Source of the DNA: Eledone cirrhosa
Taxonomy: Eukaryota
Direction of reading: 5' to 3'
DNA: 64,000 nucleotides
Assembly (NCBI GenBank): GCA_964016885.1
Contig: OZ024741.1
Coordinates: 94,302,001 to 94,366,000 of the forward strand
Shown here: positions 52,158-64,000 of the stretch, piece after piece
How positions within the stretch are numbered: position 1 is the first letter of the stretch
Layout: each line of letters begins with the position of its first letter
Translations under genes and position numbers: made by a program
Notes under the pieces: model-generated
Told to the model about the DNA's origin: nothing
The model's input: only the letters and a program-made list of their open reading frames with translations
Databases searched by the model: none

Positions 52158-53320
52158 AGAACACAGCCGAAGCTCCTCAATACACTTCGCAGCACTCCGG
52201 GCTACACCCACGCATCTCTCCTCCCTGACCTCGATACTTGTATCCGAGCAGCAGCCGAGGAGATATATAACGTCACGTTTGACGACATAGGGTGGCAACA
52301 GGCCACTTTACCTGTCAAGTATGGCGGCGTTGGCCTCCGGTCCCCGATCTCACTAGCCTTGCCGGCGTATCTTTCGTCGGTAACCTCGTGCCGCGTCCTC
52401 GTCAGCAGAGTTCTTCAAAACACAACAGAACCCTCTGTGTTCAGAGAACCGGATGCCGCCTGTGAGACGTGGGACCGGCTGGGACTTAGCCCAGTAGACG
52501 TCGCTCCTCCTTCTCCCCCAGTTGACGTCAAGTGCAGCTATGGCCTCAGTCAGGCTCACGCCCCAGCTCGACCAGCACCGCCTTGCTTGTTTTCGTGCGG
52601 CCTCCAAATCCCACAGTGGTGCCTGGCTCCATGCCCTGCCTTCCTTCTCCACTGGCACGCAGCTAGACAACCATAACCTGCGCATCGGCGTTTTCCTGAG
52701 GCTCGGCCTCCGGATCTGCAAGCCACACCAATGTTGCTGCTGTTCCACCGTGAACTCTTTCGGCCTCCACCCACTTTCCTGTCGCCACAGTGCCGGCCGC
52801 ATTCCACACCATGCTACCCTCAATGAGGTCATTAAGCATGGCTTGGACGCTGCAGGCTTTCCTTCCCAGCTCGAGCCGGTGGGGCTGGATCGAGGGGACG
52901 GCAAAAGGCCAGATAGCATGACCATCTTCCCGTTCCGCGGTAGCAAACCCCTCGTCTGGGATGCCACTTGCACCGACACTTTCTGCAGCCGCAACCTGGT
53001 GCAGTCTGCGACTGACCCAGGTTCTGCTGCACGTCGGGCTGAGGGGGCCAAACTCCCCAAATACCGGTCACTCTCCGACAGGTTTGCGGTCGTACCCCTG
53101 GCAGTGGAGACTTCGGGTGTCCTCGGCCCCAGGGCTACCTCCTTACTCACCACCATAGGCGCTGAGCTGGCCAGCAGCAGGTGTGAGCCCCGCGAGTTGG
53201 AGTGGCTTTTCCAGCGCGTCTCCCTTGCCGTCGTCCGGGGAAACACCTTCGCCAATCTGTCCGCCGGGGTTGTGGGTGGGCCCCATCGCGTACCGTTGTA
53301 GTTGCTGTATACAGATATTA
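52158..53320 (+). mobile_element. CRE-clade LINE 3' portion (RT thumb, zinc finger, restriction-like endonuclease), frameshifted
   Basis: QATLPVKYGGVGLR, SGAWLHALP, CCC..HPLSC, RIPHH, KRPD...WDATC, PLAVETSG, LFQRVS..V.RGN. Confidence 0.9.
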
Positions 53321-53496
53321 ACTCATCAATCCCATTGTCCTAATCCAAAAGTTCTTCTTTTTTTTTTTTTTTTAAACAGCATCAAGCTTGTACTTTCTCT
53401 CTCAACCTGTTTCAAATAGTAGTCAAATCTCCCTCGAAATACACCCTGTCATCTTACAAATGAGCAAAGAGACATTGAATAATATAGTCTGAGATA

Positions 53497-53694
53497 CAGT
53501 AAAATTTCGTTATAATGAAATTCACGGGGTATAAAAAAAATTCGTTGTCACGAAAAATTCTTTATAACGAGATCGACCAAAATAAATCGAGCGTTTGTTT
53601 GTTATTACCTCGGGGATTGAAAAAAAAAAATCGTTATACTGAAAAATTCGTTATGGCATTCGTTATGGCATTCGTTATAACGAAATTTTACCTC
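53497..53694. mobile_element. pogo/Tigger-like MITE
   Basis: TA-CAGTAAAATTTCGTTATAA ... TTATAACGAAATTTTACct; internal TTCGTTAT repeats. Confidence 0.75.
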
Positions 53695-55229
53695 TATATA
53701 AAACCTGCAAAAAAATCGTGATAATCATGGCTGGAATGCCTTTGATCATAAGACTGCCCATTCAGAAGTAATCTGAAGATAAACATTTGCCAAAACAACA
53801 ATAACAACAATCAAAATAACAACATCAACGACAACAAAAATATCAATGATGTTGATAGAAGCATCAGTAACATCAATAACAAAAACTACAACAACCACAT
53901 CTACAGTAAAGATAACAACTGCAATATAAACAATGACAAAGTGATGCTAAGAATTTTTAAAAAAAGATATTCCTTAACAAAGAAATTAATCGTTGAGGTA
54001 TTTTGGGGTTGTTGATTTTTTTATTTTGTAATGTCGTCAAGAAAACTTATTGTTGAGCTTTTTATCCTGTTTATATCCTTTTTTTTTATATATATTTTTG
54101 TTTGAACCGTTAATGACGATTGCAGATCAGTCACACAATGTTGAAAGTATGACGTATACTGATTAATTCAGAAGCTTTACTGCTATTCATGCATTCATTT
54201 ACTCAGCTACACAATTATTTTTTTTTCTCATCCCTTTATTTTAACTGTGTTATTTTAGTTATTCCCTTTCTGATATATTTCATTCATTTATTTTAGTAAT
54301 TTCGACTTCAATAGAACTATTTACGAAAGTACGTCTTTCACTAAATTCGCAAGCAAGTTGTCATCTGCAGATGTGTGGAATTAACTGGAACAATAGAGCT
54401 TTTTTCGTACTGAGAAATAAATTGACTATTTTATTGGAAATATATGGCTAAAGATGCCATTTGAGAATGCAGGGAAGGATCGTCTGGTTGATAACTAACT
54501 CACTGTCGGTTTTTTCATTCTCTCTACGCCTATCTATATATGTGAATGTGTATGTATTTGTATGTATATATATATATAAATATATGTGTGTGTGTGTGTG
54601 TGTGTGTATAAATGTATTTGTATATATATAGGTTCCTCACTATTTATCACTTACGCATTCTAACTCTTTTACTTTCGATTGTTCTTTGTATTTAGTTTGT
54701 AACTATATACTTATATTCTTTTGTTTCTTCTTAATCTCTCTTTATCTCCACCTCTTCCATGTAAAATCGCTACTTGCCTCTTTCTAACTGTGCATTCCTG
54801 TCTCCTTACCACTTTCCCTCTCCCAATTTTTTTATTTATGCTCGTACAATCAGAGACAGACAAATTGACACACATGCATACTGATCTCTTTTAACCGGAC
54901 ACTAAGTAATGTAGGTTTAGAGAACAGACAAGATGACGAATTGGGTTTTATACCTTTCTTAAAGCTATAAACAAAGTACAGAAGAACAAGGTTCAATTTA
55001 TTTCAACAGAGCTATAGAAATGTACCGCAAATTCATCCCTAGAACATCATACTTCAATCCTGCACCGTCGCACTCAACTCTATGTTTGCGTACTTACACA
55101 CACACATATACATATTATAGAGTCACTCACTCACATACATACAAGCATATACATAACGCTAAAACGTTTAAATCTGATCAAATGCTATATATATATGTAT
55201 GTATGTATGTAATTATATATATATATATG

Positions 55230-55328
<99 letters not shown>

Positions 55329-55447
55329 TGGTAGCTAAAATGCTTCCATAGGCGGTATGCCGGTTGAGCACTCTAAGCTCTTACAGAGCAGAGTATGATA
55401 TAATATAAAACGAAAAATCAGTGGTGCATCTGAACTCAATTTATTGT

Positions 55448-55535
55448 GTGTTACAATTGTTTCGCCGGCGGACAGCTCGAGACACGATCATTGTGTGGAT
55501 CTGTCAGACTCTAGACCTGCGGGCTCGTCGGACAC
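55448..55535 (-). ncRNA. Variant hammerhead ribozyme fold (CCGACGA core, 61-nt stem II)
   Basis: Minus strand reads GTGT-CCGACGA-GCC...GGC-GAAAC AATT GTA-ACAC-ac-AATAAA, within a ~250-bp insert (55330-55580) between microsatellites. Confidence 0.72.
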
Positions 55536-55578
55536 TTCCAATGGTTTCGGAGCAAAGAATTTGAAAGAATTTGCCTCG

Positions 55579-55626
<48 letters not shown>

Positions 55627-55627
<1 letters not shown>

Positions 55628-56135
55628 TAAACCGAAAAGAAAATGCTGACAAATTGTTCACAGTGAAAAATAGTTTAATTAGGAATAAGTGAAAATTAGT
55701 AATAGTATTGGTTAGTATTCAGTTTTGGTGTTAAGTTTTACTGGTTGCGCATTTCTAATGCTTTTCAAAAATAATTTTGAGATAGAGCGCCCGTGATGTT
55801 TGCTCTAATCTGATTAGTTTTAGAAATTCTACCTGTTTTATGTGAAAAAAAGTGGCTCCAGATGTATTAAAATAAGTTTCGCGCCAATTCGTGTTTCAAA
55901 AATTCTTGTGGTCAAAACAATTTTGATTGGTCGGTAGAGGTCATGTGACTGTTAAAAATTGATTTTGCGCCAAGTGTAGGTTTGTGTCGGCTGATTGAGA
56001 AGTCACTGAAAAATAAGTCTTTCAAAGCAAATATGTGTGTGTAGTTGTAGTAGTAAAGAGGTTCGTTGTTGTGATAATGGTCAGCAGGATGTGTGTGCGA
56101 ACCGCAGCCTGTTGACAGTTCAAATGCCTATTAAG
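55627..56135. repeat. Unclassified dispersed element (left part repeated at 22262-22424)
   Basis: Internal homology; bounded by (TA)n and (TG)n. Confidence 0.55.
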
Positions 56136-56136
56136 A

Positions 56137-56255
<119 letters not shown>

Positions 56256-56909
56256 CAGAGTAATTCGTGGTAGAGGGATGGTCAGTAGGAATGTGTCTGT
56301 ACGTGTGTGGGGGATATTTTAACATGTTAAAAGATATTTTTCAGCTCTTGTCTTATACGGAGAAGTGTGTGTGTGTTTATATGTCTCTTTGTATGTTAAT
56401 GTACGCGTCTGTATGTGTTTGTGTATATATGTGTGTGTGTTTGTGAGAATGTGTGTGTGTGTGGGGGGGGGGGGGGACCAGTATTTTTGTGATATTGGTA
56501 AAAATGGTGTACATTATTCGATATTTTCAGTAAAAACGATTCTCTCAATAGAACATCAAAAACCTTAATAATAAAAGGTGTGAAATGATATATAGTATTG
56601 GCATAATACCAAGGTGTGTGTGAGTGTCCAGATTGTACGTACTGCAAGGGGAATCCATTAGGCCTTGCCGTATTGGAATACTTGTGTACAAATATGTATG
56701 TGCCCATCAGTGTGCAATGCATGTGTGCGTTTATGTATGTGTGTGTCGGCACGTTTATATCTATAGACGCCAAAAGGTATGCAAATTTGTGTATATTTGT
56801 GTTGTACCATAGAACATGTGTGTTTACGTATGTCATTGTGTTTATATGTGGATAGAGATGTATGCTGATGTAGGTATGTATGTTGACGTGTGTATGTTGT
56901 GGGTTCGTC

Positions 56910-57130
56910 TTAGGGAGAAGTGTTTAGACGGGGTCCGTATTTGTTAATAAAGTAAGATTCCTTGCTGATGCGCTGGGTGTGGGTGGCATTATCTTTAAAT
57001 TTGTAGAGGGGAAAGATTCTGAAGTTGGGGTGATTTTGGGCGGCACAGGTATCAATGTGTTCACTCAGTGGTATTTTCCTGTATTCCCGTATTTTAATTT
57101 GGGATCTATGGACAGTCATGCGTTGGCGCA
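56910..57130 (-). mobile_element. Penelope-like element GIY-YIG C-terminal fragment
   Basis: [11 protein letters not shown]...LSEHIDTC...FPLY...[17 protein letters not shown] fits the R..H...E..FI....P.LN pattern of PLE Uri domains. Confidence 0.8.
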
Positions 57131-57185
57131 TATGTATGTATATATATATATACATATATATACATACATATATATACATATATAT

Positions 57186-57278
<93 letters not shown>

Positions 57279-57773
57279 TATGTATGTATGTATATAAAGG
57301 GCAAAGGAGCTCTTAAGAGTCAATGGCCATCCAAAATCACCGGGAGAGATGACCCCTTAGCCTTTGTCAAGGCAGAATTCTAGGAGAAGGAAAACTCTGA
57401 TATAACACCTGCAACCCTGATGGTATCCAATGATGTTGACTTGTTCTTCTTTTTGGTAAATATCTTCTTGGTTAAGAGAGTGGACTGGATTTGTGCAGTG
57501 CCTTTGCTCACTATAAAAGCTTCACGGCACAGGCATTGCTTTATAACTGGAGATCTCTCTGCACTTGTCGTCACATGGTACCATGGGCCCAGCACTATGT
57601 GTCAATAATTGTCACAGGTGTAGTGTTTGTACCAGAGTTTTCAAGTCGCTGGCTGGACTAAAAATCGCACTCGTTCAGCGCATCGGTAAGGTTTCTCCTA
57701 CATGGATATAAAGTAGTGGCCGTACTCGAAAACGAGTTGGCAGCCACCATATATTTATATATTTATATACATG

Positions 57774-57876
<103 letters not shown>

Positions 57877-57877
57877 G

Positions 57878-57950
<73 letters not shown>

Positions 57951-58319
57951 GAGAAAAATTTGGTCGTTCTGACTGCTGCTAGTTATAGCAGTAGCCATCT
58001 GACCTCTCTGCCTCTGCCTTTATCTTTACACTCGGCCCTTGAAAAAATTGATTCCACTTCATTTACTCTCATCTCGGAAACAATTTTGAATAGCGCCAGT
58101 TCGTAATTTGAATTCGAGAATTTTATATTCTCCGAATGAAAAGATCCTTCTGACGAGATTCTTTCTTTGCAACGAAGGCCGTATGGACTCCGTTTATTTT
58201 TGAGAATCGAAACCGACTCGGTAAAGGTAACCATAGTAAGCACAGTTAATTTTTTAAAATTTATTTTGAAACTGTATCTTATTTGCTAAACCTTGATTAT
58301 ATATATATATATATGTATA

Positions 58320-58560
<241 letters not shown>

Positions 58561-58671
58561 CTCCAGTTCCCCAGTGAATTAACAACCCAACAAGGAACTG
58601 GGCATATCAGAGTATTGACAATATCATACACCTAAACAACATATGTACTTGTCTATACCATACTAATTCAA

Positions 58672-58726
58672 ACTGCCTGAAGAGGTCACAGCCAAAGATG
58701 GCTGTCACTGAAATATATATAGCAGT
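58672..58726 (+). ncRNA. Type-I hammerhead ribozyme, canonical core
   Basis: ACTGC-CTGAAGA-GGTcACAGCC aaagat GGCTGTcACT-GAAATATATATA-GCAGT-AATAAA: perfect stem I, long stem II and palindromic stem III. Confidence 0.85.
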
Positions 58727-58770
58727 AATAAACGAAGCTAAATTTTAATCATTTGACTTTTATTTAACTT

Positions 58771-58806
<36 letters not shown>

Positions 58807-58811
<5 letters not shown>

Positions 58812-59388
58812 GTTAGAAACTCAGAGTAGTCTCTTACAATTAAATAGCTCTAAGAAAAAAGATTTTCCGAACCGTGTAATATAATTGAATAAACAAGAGA
58901 CATAAACACTAATATAAACATACATCTGTTCGAATCGTAAGGACTAGGTTTGCTAGGGTGAAAAAATACTAACTACAGCAATATGGTTTATCAGACTTAA
59001 TTTCAAGTAGTAAATTAAGAAAAATAATAGACCTATATCGGGCAATTGCCTGGTAACAACTACACAGTTTTGGAAACTGTTCCGCAACATCTTATTAAGC
59101 GAAGTCAAACACAGTTTCTCTGCTCATCAGTAGTTGTTGAGAAATTAGCGATCCTTCCACTTCTAAAAATATTAGAAGACTGAATTGTGTGGTATATGAA
59201 TTAGCGCATGTGTCTTCGGAACCCAGCTTGTCTCGAAATCCTATGCCGCTAAGAATTAGCAGCCTGGTTAACAAGACATTAAAATTAGCTCTACATGATG
59301 GAGCCGACAAATATATAGTGAGTTAGAATCTCAGAGTAGTCTCTTTTTGTAGAGCTATTTAATTGTAAGAGACTACTCTGAGTTTTTG
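58807..59388. mobile_element. PLE pseudo-LTR-like segment with inverted ends and a degenerate HHR (59055-59138, minus)
   Basis: 58816-58851 is inverted at 59350-59385 and partly repeated directly at 59313-59345. Minus strand reads AACAACTA-CTGATGA...aaaactgtg-TAGTTGTT. Confidence 0.55.
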
Positions 59389-59391
59389 TTA

Positions 59392-59532
<141 letters not shown>

Positions 59533-59619
59533 GAGAGAGAGAGCGAGAGGGGAAGTAGTGTAGTTAATACGAAGCATTGTGAGATATGTTGTTAATGACC
59601 GATAAGTTTTTTAAAAGCC

Positions 59620-60243
59620 AGTTGAATGTGGTAGAAAATACGAAGGGCAAATTATCCATGATGTGTTTCATGTCATCTTGAGAGTGAACCTGAAAGTCCA
59701 CATCGTCAGCACACAGGAGTTCTCTAATTAGTGTTTGGAACATCTTGGGCATGAAATTGAATTTTCTTATGTAATTGAATTTTCTTGCAATAGAACATCT
59801 TTCGCACAGCAGCAAAACAAAGAATATTGAGAATATTGTAAGAGCTAGAATATCTCCTTGCTTCACGAAATTTTCAACTGGAATTTCATTGAACAATTCT
59901 CCATTAAAGACAACCTGAGCCTTCATCTCTGTGCAGCTGGACAAATATATCAATAAACTTCGGTGGGTACCCTACTTTCCGTAGTATTTTCTACAGCGCA
60001 CCTCTGTTCCTCGTATCAAAGGTCATAGTCAGATCGACAAAAACCTGATGCAGAAGAAATCGCTACTCAACACATTTCTCTTGTATCTGCCTTGCAGAGA
60101 ATTTCATATCAATCGTCCCTCTGCCAGATCTAAATCCAATTTGTGATTCAGGGATAACTGTAGGAGAAATGTCTTCCAACAAACTGTTCAACAATAATCT
60201 AGCAAGAACTTTATTAACAGATTCCAACAGAGTGATGTCACAT
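59620..60243 (-). mobile_element. RTE (BovB-like) LINE RT fragment, decayed
   Basis: ITLL...KVLAR, PESQIGFRSGRGTIDM.FSARQIQEKC, VKQGDILA, LLCADD. Confidence 0.85.
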
Positions 60244-60299
60244 ACATACATATATATATATACATATACATACACACGTACATAGGAAGGTGGCCGGTC

Positions 60300-61838
60300 A
60301 AAAATGTACTCGAAATGAAGAGAAAGAGAAACATACATGCATATTTACATCTTCAGAACAAAAAATCAGCAACCATCTCATTCAGGGTTATGAAATATGG
60401 TCATCGGAACTCTCTGTGCACAATAAATCAGTGGCTCACAATGTGTTTGCTGTGCTTGTCCTAACATCAACGTTTGGAATATTCGAGTGGACAATAGACG
60501 CAATCCGAGCAATTGGCGTTAAAACTCGAAAAATCCTAAACAATACCGGAACTTCCACGTCAAAAGTGACATAGACCGCCTTCACTTGAACCGTAAGCAG
60601 GGGGGGGGGGGGCAGAGGGTAACATCAGTTCAGACAGCCTTTGAATGTCGCATCATATCCCTCCTACAACATTTACGAACCTCGAAGCATAGGAGTCCAT
60701 TTATTGAGTCTGTCTGCATGAGACGGCGAAGAAACTCCTTGAAAGATACTCCCTGCATGATGAAATTGCCTAGAAATACCGCAGTGATCCATGGATGAAA
60801 AACTGCATGCTTATCAGCAAAGTCATGCAAGGAAATGTTGCCAGGAAGCTTCAGAGTGAAAGCAATATAGATAAGCAAAGTAGTCTATCTTGGACCAGCA
60901 ACCACTATATTAGCTCCCACTTTGAAGGATATGCTTTGGCAATCCAAGAACAGGAAATCAACACAAAATACCTGATTCATAAAAGAGATAGGGGTGCAGG
61001 CAAAACACCTAGATGTGACAACATATGCATACTTTGCAGAATTAACATCGAATATGTCACCCATATCATAATCAGCTGTCCAAAGATGTCATCACGGTAC
61101 TATCTACCTATGAGGCATGATGTAGTTGCCAAAAAACTGTACAATGCAATCCGTAGAAAAGATAGTCCCGACAATAAACACATTAAAAGCTACAGCAATG
61201 TGGAAGACATATACATACATAATATAAAAGAGTACTGGTGGAATGTTCCAGTAAACACCCCAATAAAATGCAAACATAACAGACCAGATATAGTGATATG
61301 GGACAGGGAAAAGAAGGCATGCACAGTAGTCGAAATTAGCTGCCCAGCAGATGCCAATATAATATCAAAGATTAGTGAAAAGGAGAATATCTATGTAGAA
61401 CTAATGAGGAATCTGCAGATACTCCACCCTGATTACACCTTCAGATTTATGCCTGTGATTATTGGAGCACTGGGCTATGTTAGTAACTGCCTCAATACAA
61501 ATCATGAGATGCTAGGTTTCACAGAAATAGAAAGACCACGACTAGTTAGGAAATTACAAGTACAATCCATTAATGGAACAGTAAAAATTTGTAAAACATT
61601 CCAAAAATTCTATATCTAATAACTGCATATAAATATACACAGATACAAAGCACACATATAACATACACATCTACACATACATTAAGATCCATACCTGCAC
61701 ACACATGCATGCCAGCATGCATACATATCTACCTAGTTGATGTGTAAATTCCAATGGGAGAGTCTTGTTAGAAACCGACTCTCTCTCTATTGGCAAAAAT
61801 GTGTGAAATTATAAAACCAGAAGAACATACATACATAT
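60300..61838 (+). mobile_element. R4/NeSL-like LINE 3' portion with CCHC finger and restriction-like endonuclease; (CATA)n tail
   Basis: ORF 60795-61619: QEQEI, CILC..E...HIIISC, RHD, NRPDIVIWD...VEISCP, K...Y, PVIIGALG. Confidence 0.9.
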
Positions 61839-62189
61839 ATGATGGCTGCCCCCTCATTATCGAGTATGGTCATTTGCACTATATAACATTATTGATAATT
61901 ATCAATTTATGCTATCGTGCAATGCCTGTACGTGAAGACTTTTTTTTTAAGTGAGGAAAGACTGTGCAGAGCCAATCCCATTCTGAGCGACGGTAGCTAT
62001 AACTCGAAAAGAAGAAAAGATCAACATCATCGGTAACTACTGAGCGGTAGGTTTTATGTCGGAGTTAACCCAGTTTCCTGAGTTGCCTTGTCCTAGAAGA
62101 ATGCCCTGACAAAGGCTAAGGGTCCTTCACTCCCAATGGTTTAACCGCGCGATCAGGTATCCAGCCCGTCTATTTCTATGTCCCCGCGC

Positions 62190-62222
<33 letters not shown>

Positions 62223-62803
62223 CACACACATGTATATATGTATATACATAATTACACATTTTGGGATGGCCGTTGACTCTTATGAGTTCTTCCGCCCTTT
62301 GACATATTGTACATAATTTTATCTTCTTTCTTTTTCATGTATGGAACAAAAACATACGAAAATAAATGTTCCTTTTCTCAATTTATTTTACTTCCCTTTT
62401 CTCAAATGCTATATTTGTTCTTTATATTAAATTCATCATTTATTTTTCAATCTAGAGGGAAATACATGTTTATACTGTATACTCAATGTCGACATTGCAG
62501 ATATCATTTATGGTACATTTGTTATGTTACAGGAGTAATCAATTCATTTGTTTATTTTTATTAATATATTTTATTTATCTATTACTATTTATTATTTACA
62601 GTGATAAACGTATATTTCCTAATTTACCATATTATGACTAACAATCTAGTATCCATACATTATGTGTCTTCAAAATATTATTTTCTACAGCGTTGTTAGT
62701 TATTGTAAATATGAAGAAATGCATGTGAATTTTCTGATAGATTTTTATACTAATTCATTTACTTGCATATTTTTAATATCGAAAGATGAACCGATATTAA
62801 AAG

Positions 62804-62925
<122 letters not shown>

Positions 62926-63027
62926 TTTAGTATATCTACCAACATATGCGATATATATATATATATATAAAGAATGAATAATAACAGGTAGACATCATAA
63001 AAAGGTAATTTATTCTGTGTGCTTACA

Positions 63028-64000
63028 AATGTTTCCACGGTGGTTATACAGCCTAGCTATGCTATGTACAAATTTATAACTATTTGCAAAACTCAATTAT
63101 CAATTTTAACTCAAACCACCCACTCTCCATGATCAAATCGGTTCCCCGTAGTATTTCTCTTAGAATCTCTCGCCTATCGTCTAACTCTGAGATTTTCAGT
63201 GAACACGCTGAATACTATAATAATGTATTAAGGAATGCCGACCACCGGGATACAATAAAATACATTGATAAGAATCTCCATAACACACATAGCTCTACAC
63301 GAAATCAAAGAATACGTAACCAGGGTACAGAAATACAAGCGCACACATACAGTACCATCAGACATACTAATAATAGAAAATCATCACTAAATAAATCATG
63401 TTGTAGAAAGTATATCTGGTATAATCCCATTTTTAATGCTTCGATTAGTACAAAACTATCTCTTTCATTCTTTAAGTTAATCAACAAGCATTTCCCTAGT
63501 TCCCATAATTACAGTAAAATTCTGAACTCTAAGACTATTAAGCTATCATACTCCACTGCACCAAACCTTGAAGCATACATAAACAAACTTAACTTAAAGC
63601 AATTAAACAACACTACAAAACAAAATATTTTAATAACAGATGAGCATAACGTAGTATCGGCCTCCCAACCACTAAATGGGAGACGGGTATTACACAACCC
63701 ACCTGTACTGTTATCCCAACCTATCCACGGTATACCTGCTACCCACAATAAAAACTGTAACTGCCACCTACCTGAAAGATGTCCATTGAAGAATAAATGC
63801 CTAAAGACCAACATTGTTTACCAATCCACAGTTGAATCGAACTACCAAAAATGGTATTACATCGAGTCTACCACTACCTCCTTTAAATCTCGCTGGTATC
63901 GTCATCGATTCTAAATTAAACATCCTAATCACCGGTTTGTGACCACGATCGCCAACAAGACCTGGCAACTCCGTGAACTACAGTTCACCTTGAAATGGGA
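63028..64000 (+). mobile_element. Penelope-like element (Neptune-like): RT thumb, Cys-rich linker and GIY-YIG; decayed, runs off the window
   Basis: INFNSNHP..IKSVP.SI..RIS.LSS, IWYNP, IKLSYS..PNL, CNC....CPL...CL..NIVY, YYIEST...FKSRWY.H; in-frame stop at 63912. Confidence 0.88.

Noticed and set aside
61840-62190. Possible RTE-related UTR fragment (similar unclassified island at 50775-51110)
   Set aside because: Only a vague resemblance from memory, with no second copy or motif in the window to support a call.

Overview
AT-rich, repeat-saturated eukaryotic DNA. The SINE families, very long (TA)n/(CA)n/(AAT)n microsatellites and LINE repertoire resemble octopus (cephalopod) genomes; this is recognition from memory, not a database result. 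No host gene can be supported, only weak candidate exons. Almost all short ORFs are microsatellite artefacts. The window contains decayed non-LTR retrotransposons of several clades (CR1-group, RTE, CRE, R4/Dong-like, and a near full-length Tx1/L1-clade element followed by two partial relatives in an (AAT)n run), Penelope-like element (PLE) fragments, about 25 tRNA-derived SINE copies, several MITEs and an 8.6-kb minisatellite with a 42-bp unit. The most interesting signal is not in the ORF track: about 17 type-I hammerhead-ribozyme (HHR) folds lie on both strands in short PLE pseudo-LTR-like segments, several inside long palindromes. They include a family with a non-canonical CCGAnGA core and a conserved structured 60-62-nt stem II domain (3 diverged copies) and a multi-copy ~160-bp element whose HHR fold has a CAGAAGA core. 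All folds were paired by eye and activity is untested.
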